From assembly GCA_019661865.1 (NCBI GenBank), contig JAIFWJ010000002.1, forward strand, positions 52,898-116,897: a stretch of DNA of 64,000 nucleotides, written 5' to 3'. Below, piece by piece: positions 56,911-64,000 of the stretch (positions are counted from its first letter, which is position 1; every line of letters starts with the position of its first letter). This DNA is from Candidatus Parcubacteria bacterium. Lineage in GTDB: Bacteria > Patescibacteriota > Minisyncoccia > Phycocordibacterales > Zambryskibacteraceae. The notes beneath the pieces are model-generated. The model did not search any database. It saw nothing but the letters and a program-made list of their open reading frames with translations, and was not told where the DNA came from. Both the position numbers and the translations under genes were made by a program.

Positions 56911-58845
56911 ATGACAAAAATACGAATCGCATCGATCGTTGCCCTAGTGGCAGGTGTTGCATTCTCACTCAGCTTTGCTGCTGCTCCTGCAGCTGCACAG
57001 TCTGTTGGTGACTTGCAAGCACAGCTCGCTGCGCTTACAGCACAACTCGCCGCCCTACAAGGTGGCTCTTCAGTTTCAGCTGGTGGTTCATTCACAATGG
57101 ATCTTACAGTTGGTAGCACTGGATCACAGGTTGTTGCTCTTCAGCAATGGTTAGTTTCAAAAAGATTCCTTAGTATGCCTTCCGGCGTAGCTATGGGTTA
57201 CTTCGGTGGTCTCACAAAGGCTGCTGTAGCAAGATGGCAAGCTTCTGCAGGTATCAGTCCTGCTGCTGGCTATTTCGGTCCTAAGTCTCGCGCAGCTGCT
57301 AACGCAGCAGGCGGTGGCGTAGGCACTGGTACTGGCACTGGTACCGGAACAGGTACTGGTACCGGAACAGGTACTAGCGTAGGTGGTGGAGTTATCTCCA
57401 CTCCTGGTGTAGAGGGTACTCTCTCTGCAGAACTCAACCCAAGTCCAGCTAACGGCACAACCGTTTACGCTGGTCAAACTAGAATTGGTGTATTGGGCAT
57501 TAAGCTCACCGCACACACTTCTGACATTAAGGTTGAGCGCGTAAAGATTCAGATCCCAAGCACGAACTTCTACAACAAGGTCGCTTCAATGATCTATGTA
57601 ATGGATGGTTCGACCGTATTGGCATCTTCACCTCTTAACTCTTCAACAGTTGTTAAGGACGGAACAAATTACTACATCACCTTAACTGGTATGAGTTATG
57701 TCGTTCCTAGAGAGAACAGCAGAGCTCTTACTGTAGCAATTGATACATACAACTCAATTGATTCTACTTATAGAGTTTCTTACACTCTTACCGTTCCTAT
57801 AAACGGAGTTCGTGGTATAGACGGTGCTGGTATTGACCAGTACGCTCCTGCCAGCTCGTTCAGCCGTGATTTGACCGCTGCAGCAAACCTTGCTGACAGT
57901 GCAACCTTCACTGTTTCTACGAGTCCAAGTACTCCTGTGGCTCAGGATGTTATTGCTTCACAGGGTGCATCAGCTGATCAGCTTGATCAATTGGCACTCT
58001 TGAACTTCGATGTCCGTGCTGAAAAGGATAGCGTCAAGCTTACAGAGCTCAAGGCTACAGTTACTGAGTCTGGTCCTGCTTCTGCTTCATCAACCTACCT
58101 CTATGATGGTAATACCCTCATTGGTAGCGCCGCCGTATCTTCGGGCGTAGCAGACTTCACCAACCTTAGTTACACTGTTCCTGCAGGCACTACTAAGACC
58201 CTGACCATAAAGTCAGATGTTCGCAGCGCATCAAACACACTGACAACCTTCAGTGCTTCAATCACTGCTAACACTACAAACGTTGTTGTTGAGAACTCAA
58301 CTGGTACAACTGTCACTCCTACTGGCTCAGCTACTGGAGAGACTATAACTGTACGTAAGGCTGGTCCTGTCTTCTCACTTGTCTCTAAGAGCATTGTGAA
58401 GTCAGCAACCGCTTCTCAGGCAAACATCTCGACCTCGACTGTTGATGCAACATTCAACATTCAGATCAAGGCAGTTGGTGGCGATGTATACTTCGGTACA
58501 CAGTCAGCATCAACAACCTTCAACTTTGCTCCTTACAAGGGCGGTGCTCGTTACGTCAACACTGCGGTCTCAAGCTCAACCAGCTTCCAGATCCCATCAG
58601 GTGTTGTAACTTCAGGTCTATTGTCTACTGATGCCTTCAAGCTCCAGCAGAACAATACCATCACCGTTCCTGTGGACTTCATCTTTGAAGGTCGTACTAC
58701 AGCAGGTGCACTCTTATCAACCGACAACTATGCCGTTCAGCTTGAGGCCATCAAGTGGTCACTCGATGACGGTGTCAACATGCAGACTTCAAACTTCATG
58801 CAAGGCAAGTCGGATTGGAGAACATCATCTGTACCTCTCCCGTAA
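56911..58845 (+). CDS. secreted protein with a peptidoglycan-binding domain, a (GT)n linker and a Thr/Ser-rich beta domain
   Basis: Signal peptide, then a PG_binding_1-like segment (LQQWLVSKRFL...GYFGPKSRAAA), GTGTGT repeats and 400 aa of low complexity. Confidence 0.55.
   Translation: MTKIRIASIVALVAGVAFSLSFAAAPAAAQSVGDLQAQLAALTAQLAALQGGSSVSAGGSFTMDLTVGSTGSQVVALQQWLVSKRFLSMPSGVAMGYFGGLTKAAVARWQASAGISPAAGYFGPKSRAAANAAGGGVGTGTGTGTGTGTGTGTGTSVGGGVISTPGVEGTLSAELNPSPANGTTVYAGQTRIGVLGIKLTAHTSDIKVERVKIQIPSTNFYNKVASMIYVMDGSTVLASSPLNSSTVVKDGTNYYITLTGMSYVVPRENSRALTVAIDTYNSIDSTYRVSYTLTVPINGVRGIDGAGIDQYAPASSFSRDLTAAANLADSATFTVSTSPSTPVAQDVIASQGASADQLDQLALLNFDVRAEKDSVKLTELKATVTESGPASASSTYLYDGNTLIGSAAVSSGVADFTNLSYTVPAGTTKTLTIKSDVRSASNTLTTFSASITANTTNVVVENSTGTTVTPTGSATGETITVRKAGPVFSLVSKSIVKSATASQANISTSTVDATFNIQIKAVGGDVYFGTQSASTTFNFAPYKGGARYVNTAVSSSTSFQIPSGVVTSGLLSTDAFKLQQNNTITVPVDFIFEGRTTAGALLSTDNYAVQLEAIKWSLDDGVNMQTSNFMQGKSDWRTSSVPLP
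57322..57374 (+). repeat. hexanucleotide tandem repeat encoding (Gly-Thr)n
   Basis: ggcactggtactggcactggtaccggaacaggtact... inside the CDS. Confidence 0.7.
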
Positions 58846-58894
58846 TCTCACGATTACTCGAGTAGATCTCGGATCATACGTCTAAGATCGCAAA

Positions 58895-58924
58895 AGCACC
58901 CCGCAAGGGGTGTTTTTGTTTTGT
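58895..58924 (+). terminator. rho-independent terminator
   Basis: cacccc-gcaa-ggggtg followed by tttttgtttt. Confidence 0.6.
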
Positions 58925-58949
58925 AGGAATTATCCTCAAGTTATCCACA

Positions 58950-59690
58950 CCCCTCCCCGCACAAAGGCTAAGCCTTTGTAGTAGCATAAACTATGCGCAA
59001 AATAATCTTTGCCCCAGGTGAGTATTATCATTTATACAATCGAGGTGTGGATAAAAGAGTTATTTTTAATGATAAAACAGATTATGATCGGTTTATTAAA
59101 CTCTTATATCTCACAAATGGGACCAGACCTATCGATTTCCGTAAAATCAGCAAAGGCTTAGCCTTTGTATATGAGAAAGGGGATGCATTAGTAGACATTG
59201 GCGCTTATTGCCTAATGCCTAATCACTTCCACCTCGTGATTAAAGAGAAGCAGCCTGGAGGTATTTCGACTTTCATGCTGAAGCTTTTAACCTCTTATTC
59301 TATGTACTTCAATGCTAGAAATAGTCGAAAAGGGAGGCTGTTTGAAGCTTCATTTCATGCTTCACATGCTGACTCAGACGAGTATTTAAAGTATCTTTTC
59401 GCTTACATACACCTAAACCCAGTGAAAATTATTGACTCAAATTGGAAGGAAAATGGTATCATAAATAAGGATTTGGCCACAAAATACCTTGAAGAATATG
59501 AGTATTCTAGCTTTCAAGACTATGTCGGTAAGAGTAGAGATGCAGGATCAATTCTTAATAAAGTCGAGTTTCCTGAGTATTTTAGAAGTCCTATAGAATT
59601 TACTAGTTCTATCTTTGAATGGTTTGATTATCCTACAAAGGCTAAGCCTTTGTTTAGAATGGAGGAAGCAATAAGCTTGTAGACTTTTGG
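58950..59690 (+). mobile_element. IS200/IS605-like (or REP/RAYT-like) minimal element
   Basis: An HuH-Y1 transposase gene is bracketed by the identical palindromes caaaggctaagcctttg at 58962 and 59636. A near-identical third copy lies inside the ORF at 59151. Confidence 0.5.
58993..59682 (+). CDS. tnpA: IS200-like Y1 (HuH) transposase / REP-associated tyrosine transposase
   Basis: HuH motif CLMPNHFHLV and a downstream Tyr (YLFAYIHLNPVK), with N-terminal YHLYNRG. Confidence 0.7.
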   Translation: MRKIIFAPGEYYHLYNRGVDKRVIFNDKTDYDRFIKLLYLTNGTRPIDFRKISKGLAFVYEKGDALVDIGAYCLMPNHFHLVIKEKQPGGISTFMLKLLTSYSMYFNARNSRKGRLFEASFHASHADSDEYLKYLFAYIHLNPVKIIDSNWKENGIINKDLATKYLEEYEYSSFQDYVGKSRDAGSILNKVEFPEYFRSPIEFTSSIFEWFDYPTKAKPLFRMEEAISL

Positions 59691-59771
59691 GTCCATGAGC
59701 ATATAATTTTAGTATGCGGTATTTTGATAAGGATTTCTTCCGCTTTCTGCTTGTCTTTCTGATCATTTTGG

Positions 59772-61256
59772 TTGTCGCTCTGTCCAGTCTGTACTACATC
59801 CGTGTCCACTACTAAATCTCTACCTTTCTTCATAGTTCTCTTAGCGCTTCCGCTCCTTTCCAACGCTCAGGTTGTAGTGAATGAAATAATGTATGACTCG
59901 CCTGGTGCTGATGATGACTGGGTGGAAATTTATAATTCTGGAAGTGCTCCTGTGAATATTGTTACTGGAAGTGGAAGTGGGTCGTGGAGATTCGTAGACA
60001 GTGGATCGCATGTGCTGAGTCTTGTGACGGGAAGTAATACTATTGATCAACAAGGGTACGCTATTATCACCAATGATCCGGTAAAGTTTCAGTCAGATTG
60101 GCCTGAGTTTAGTGGCATTTTATTTAAAAGTTCATTTTCCGTAACAAATACTGCCGCAACTTTATCTATTAAAGATGGAAGTGGAAATATTACTGGCCAA
60201 GTTTCCTACTCATCTGGTCAGGGAGCAAAAGGGGATGGAAACTCTTTACAAAAGAACGGTGATTCCTGGATAGCTGCTGTACCCACACCAGGCACTTTGA
60301 ATGCATCAGTAGCATCAGTTCCAGCTGATAATTCAGACTCAGATAATTCTGACACACAAAGCGATGCTACCCAAGATTCAGACGTAAGTAAAAAGCAAAC
60401 TTCAATCATTGTTAATGACAACAGTCCGCTGTCATCTCATTATAGTTCTATAATACTAACCGATCCGAAATCTAAGCAGAACTTTATGGTTGGTGCGGGT
60501 AGATCGAGACTTGCTGCTGTGGGCACTCCTCTTCAATTTAAAGCAAATGCGAATACTGATTACACCCGGAATGTCACCTTTAAGTGGTCATTTGGTGACG
60601 GTTCAACAGCTGAGGGAGAAGTGGTGCACCATGTATATAATTTCCCGGGTGAATATGTTGTCATACTTAATGCAAACACTTTAGCCACTGATGAAGCAGC
60701 TTCGAGGACTACAGTCAAAGTCATTCCTGCAGAAATTTTTATATCAGCAGTATCATCCGTAGGTGTTGAGATAGTTAACAATTCCAAAGAAGAAATAAAT
60801 CTCTATGGAAGGACTCTTGTTTCTGGAGAAAATATATTTGTATTCCCTCGAGACACAATTATTTTACCGGGACAAAAAATCATATTTTCTAAATCTTTAA
60901 CTGGACTTAACGCCCATGATACCAATGAAGTTTCTATACAAGTCATAGGTGATGAGCTGGATAGTCTGGGCTCACTATCCCAGGCTACTAAAGAACGTCT
61001 AACTAAAGAGTCTAAAATTCAGATACTGCAAAATGAAATTTCAACAATTAATAATAAATTATACGCAAGAAAGAAGACTCCTATACAAGCAACTGTAGCT
61101 GTAGAAAGTTATTCTGCGGGTAAATTGCCTGAACAATCTGAACAAAACGCTGCTTCTCCGATACTAGCAATATCTACTTCATCTACCTCTATCTCTACCA
61201 CTACTAGTCGAATAACTTGGATTACGAAATTTAAACACTTCTTCGGAGTAAAATGA
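59772..61256 (+). CDS. secreted lamin-tail-domain (LTD) protein with a PKD-like domain
   Basis: Signal peptide, LTD motif VVVNEIMYDSPGADDDWVEIYN, and a PKD-like FKWSFGDGSTAEGEVVHHVYNFPGEY. Confidence 0.6.
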   Translation: MSLCPVCTTSVSTTKSLPFFIVLLALPLLSNAQVVVNEIMYDSPGADDDWVEIYNSGSAPVNIVTGSGSGSWRFVDSGSHVLSLVTGSNTIDQQGYAIITNDPVKFQSDWPEFSGILFKSSFSVTNTAATLSIKDGSGNITGQVSYSSGQGAKGDGNSLQKNGDSWIAAVPTPGTLNASVASVPADNSDSDNSDTQSDATQDSDVSKKQTSIIVNDNSPLSSHYSSIILTDPKSKQNFMVGAGRSRLAAVGTPLQFKANANTDYTRNVTFKWSFGDGSTAEGEVVHHVYNFPGEYVVILNANTLATDEAASRTTVKVIPAEIFISAVSSVGVEIVNNSKEEINLYGRTLVSGENIFVFPRDTIILPGQKIIFSKSLTGLNAHDTNEVSIQVIGDELDSLGSLSQATKERLTKESKIQILQNEISTINNKLYARKKTPIQATVAVESYSAGKLPEQSEQNAASPILAISTSSTSISTTTSRITWITKFKHFFGVK

Positions 61257-64000
61257 AAAAACTGTTAATCATTCTACTTGTCCTACCGTTTGTAACTAAT
61301 GCAGATGTAGATGTGGCGAGCCAGGTAAATTCTGATACTACTTGGTCACCAGATAATGGAGTGTACATACTCAAAGGTGAAGTTGATATACTCGCAAGTA
61401 GTACTCTTAATATTGAGCCAGGTACGATTATAAAAAGTTCTTCAGGTGGAGGATCAGTCCTTAGAATAATGGGAAATTTAAATATAAATGGTACTACTGA
61501 AAATCCTGTGGTATTTACTTTACTGGAGGATGATAGCTTCGGTGGTGATACCAATCAAGATGGTACAACTACTATTCCGCTGATTTCTGGATGGCAGGGA
61601 ATAATATTTCAGCAAGGATCACAGGGGAACATCTCAAATGCCAAGATCTACTACACCGGATATGGAGGATTCGGGTTTGGATTTAGCTCAGCGCTATACA
61701 ATGACGGTGGTCTCATAAATATAAATAATGCAGATTTATCTCATGGTGGCTCCTTGGGAATTTTCCAAGTGAACGGTACTACTACACTCACCCATTCCAC
61801 AATTGACTCCTTTGGTACTGCAGTATCTGTTACTGGTGGTTCGGCAGACATACGAAACAACGTCATTTCTAATAATACTTATGGGGTTAGTAAATTCGGT
61901 GGAGGAATGTTGACACTCATAGAAAATAACTTTTCTAATAATAGTTATACTTCGTATCTGGAATTAGAAGGTGGGTTTAGGCATAGTGGGAACACCTCGA
62001 CAGACAAAGTAAAAAGAGGATTTCAGATATCTGGCTCCTCTCAAGGAGATGTAACTTTAGACTATGATAATTTGCCATATATTGTTGAGAATGCGGTCGT
62101 GCGTGTACCTGTAAACAGTAGTTTGACGGTTCCTCCAGGAACCGTATTTAAACTGGGCGATCAGGCGTTAATCTCCATAGACGGGAAATTAAATGTTAAT
62201 GGGGATGAAAATAACAAAGTGTATTTCACTTCACTTAAAGATGATTCTATAGGAGGAGATACTAATGCTGATGCTGATTCTAGTAAACCAAATGCAATGA
62301 ATTGGCCGACGATTTTCTTCGATCCTGGATCTGAGGTTAATATTAGAAACGCAGTCTTTCAGTATGCGGGTCAATCAACCGGGATTACTGGAGCCCTACC
62401 GACTCTTTATAATGCAGGCAGCACGACTTTACAGAATGTTGATATTAATCATAATCCCTCGGGAGAAGGAATTTATCAAACGGGTGGGAATCTCAATGCA
62501 AATAATCTAAGTTTTTCCGATGTTTATATAGGATTAAAAGTTTTAGGTGGAGAGGTAAATATCCATAACTCTAAAATTTCTAATCTTGTAGTTGGTATAG
62601 ACAACCAAGGAGGAGTGGTTAGAGCCTCTCACAATTGGTGGGGCAGTAAGGATGGACCCCGTACCCAAAACTCTACATCCACGGGGCAGCTGATTAATGG
62701 TGATATAAATTTTGATAACTGGATAAAACGTGATCCAGATTTACCAAATCCGGTGATAATTATTCCGGGGATAATGGGAAGTGAGTTTTTTGAAGGTGAA
62801 CCCTCACTTAATAATGTGATCTGGGTAAGTCCGACTAAGATACTAATTAATCCGAATGATGATTTTCTTGACGTATTAAAACTTGATAACACGGGTATGC
62901 CTACTAACTCCAATATAGTTTTAGGAAATGTAATAAAGGGTATAAATAAAGCTGATTACTTTGGAGGACTGTTTTCTACTTTAGTGACTAGTGGAATTGA
63001 TGAGTCAGAAGTCTACCTATTCTCATACGATTGGAGAAAAGATATATCAGATTCTACATTAGATTTAAAAAATGAAATTGATCATGTTATTTCAGATACT
63101 GGAGCTGAGAATGTTAATTTGATTTCTCATAGTATGGGTGGTCTAGTTGTTAAGAATTATTTAAAAAACTATTCTCCTAAAAATATCAACAAAATAGTAT
63201 CAATTGGCGTTCCTAATAGTGGTGCACCTTCAGGGTTTAAAATATTGATGTATGGAGATAATCTTGGAGTTAGTTATTTATCGGGATTGTTTGGGTTAAA
63301 CCAGGATAAGATCAAAGAAATCTCTCAAAATATGCCTTCTGTTTATGAATTACTTCCAAGTTCAAAATATCTCGATTCTTTAGATCCTGATTACTCTTAC
63401 TACATACTTGATCTTGTGGGGAAGAACGACCGACTAGACTATGAAGAAACAAAGAGTTATCTGAAAGATGCCGGTAGAAATAGCACTTTAGTCGACCGGG
63501 CAGATGCCTTCCACCATCAGGTTGATGATTTAGATCCAGCAGATTATGGGGTAAAAACCTATAACATCATCGGTTGTGGAACTCCTACTATTGGTCAATT
63601 CTATATACTGGATAAACAAGGTGACCATACTACATACAACATAAAGATGATAAATGGAGACGGAACTGTACCACTCAAAAGCGCTGAAGCTATACCAGCT
63701 GTACAAACCTATTTCGTAAAAAATGCCCAACATGCTGTATTGCCCAGTACCTCTGGAGTAAAGGAACTGGTGGCCATGCTTGTATCAACCTCAACAACCC
63801 CAGATGTATCTACTTTCTCAAACTTATCCACAAGTGAAAGTGATTGTCCTAAGCTTAATGGCCAACTTGTGAGCTTCCATAGCCCTATCGAACTCCATGT
63901 ATATGATAATTCTGGAAACCATACTGGACCAGATGTGAATGGAGATATTGAAAATAACATACCCGGTGTTGATTATGAGACTATAGAAGATAATAAATTC
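61253..64000 (+). CDS. large secreted protein with parallel beta-helix repeats and a C-terminal alpha/beta-hydrolase (lipase-like, GxSxG) domain; 3' end outside the window
   Basis: The reading frame (frame 2) is open from ATG 61253 to the window end. It has a signal peptide, repeated NxxxG beta-helix turns, and PGIMGSEF...ISHSMGG. Confidence 0.6.
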   Translation, partial: MKKLLIILLVLPFVTNADVDVASQVNSDTTWSPDNGVYILKGEVDILASSTLNIEPGTIIKSSSGGGSVLRIMGNLNINGTTENPVVFTLLEDDSFGGDTNQDGTTTIPLISGWQGIIFQQGSQGNISNAKIYYTGYGGFGFGFSSALYNDGGLININNADLSHGGSLGIFQVNGTTTLTHSTIDSFGTAVSVTGGSADIRNNVISNNTYGVSKFGGGMLTLIENNFSNNSYTSYLELEGGFRHSGNTSTDKVKRGFQISGSSQGDVTLDYDNLPYIVENAVVRVPVNSSLTVPPGTVFKLGDQALISIDGKLNVNGDENNKVYFTSLKDDSIGGDTNADADSSKPNAMNWPTIFFDPGSEVNIRNAVFQYAGQSTGITGALPTLYNAGSTTLQNVDINHNPSGEGIYQTGGNLNANNLSFSDVYIGLKVLGGEVNIHNSKISNLVVGIDNQGGVVRASHNWWGSKDGPRTQNSTSTGQLINGDINFDNWIKRDPDLPNPVIIIPGIMGSEFFEGEPSLNNVIWVSPTKILINPNDDFLDVLKLDNTGMPTNSNIVLGNVIKGINKADYFGGLFSTLVTSGIDESEVYLFSYDWRKDISDSTLDLKNEIDHVISDTGAENVNLISHSMGGLVVKNYLKNYSPKNINKIVSIGVPNSGAPSGFKILMYGDNLGVSYLSGLFGLNQDKIKEISQNMPSVYELLPSSKYLDSLDPDYSYYILDLVGKNDRLDYEETKSYLKDAGRNSTLVDRADAFHHQVDDLDPADYGVKTYNIIGCGTPTIGQFYILDKQGDHTTYNIKMINGDGTVPLKSAEAIPAVQTYFVKNAQHAVLPSTSGVKELVAMLVSTSTTPDVSTFSNLSTSESDCPKLNGQLVSFHSPIELHVYDNSGNHTGPDVNGDIENNIPGVDYETIEDNKF

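Noticed and set aside
1-64000. CRISPR array or cas genes
   Set aside because: No regularly spaced direct repeats of 25-40 nt were seen, and no Cas-like proteins appear in the ORF set.

Overview
This is an AT-rich (~40% GC) stretch of bacterial chromosome made of short, tightly packed genes. The gene content (type-2-like IleS, pilM/N/O-like genes, LTD-domain secreted proteins, a lone purD, many tRNAs) suggests a reduced-genome bacterium, possibly CPR/Patescibacteria; that placement is inference only. Most of the window is housekeeping: polA (3' part), fpg, murE, ruvA, rpsT, rdgB, purD, ruvX, rluA-family, rplS, secE-nusG-rplK, argS, ileS, recO, glyQS, metG, tatD, rpsF-ssb-rpsR, efp, recA, ftsK, and 9 tRNAs. 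Five things are not ordinary. (1) A ~11 kb putative integrated element starts at tRNA-His, whose 3' half is overlapped by a large serine recombinase gene. It carries a truncated resolvase paralog, several unknown genes, and a three-gene restriction-modification-like module (two Dam-family m6A methyltransferases plus a 509 aa unknown). It ends in a GC-rich sub-block. (2) The ileS gene contains an in-frame histidine-phosphatase (PGAM-like, RHG...H) domain inserted between the conserved WGTPLPVW and DVWLDSG motifs. (3) Several discrete GC-rich islets (50-60% GC) each hold one unknown gene with a strong Shine-Dalgarno sequence and its own rho-independent terminator, inserted between AT-rich core genes. 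(4) A thyX-like / dcd / tmk / MazG-like dNTP module interrupts the expected rplK-rplA ribosomal operon. (5) A 16-nt duplication of the tRNA-Ser 5' end brackets a 100-nt structured GC-rich spacer. No CRISPR array was seen.
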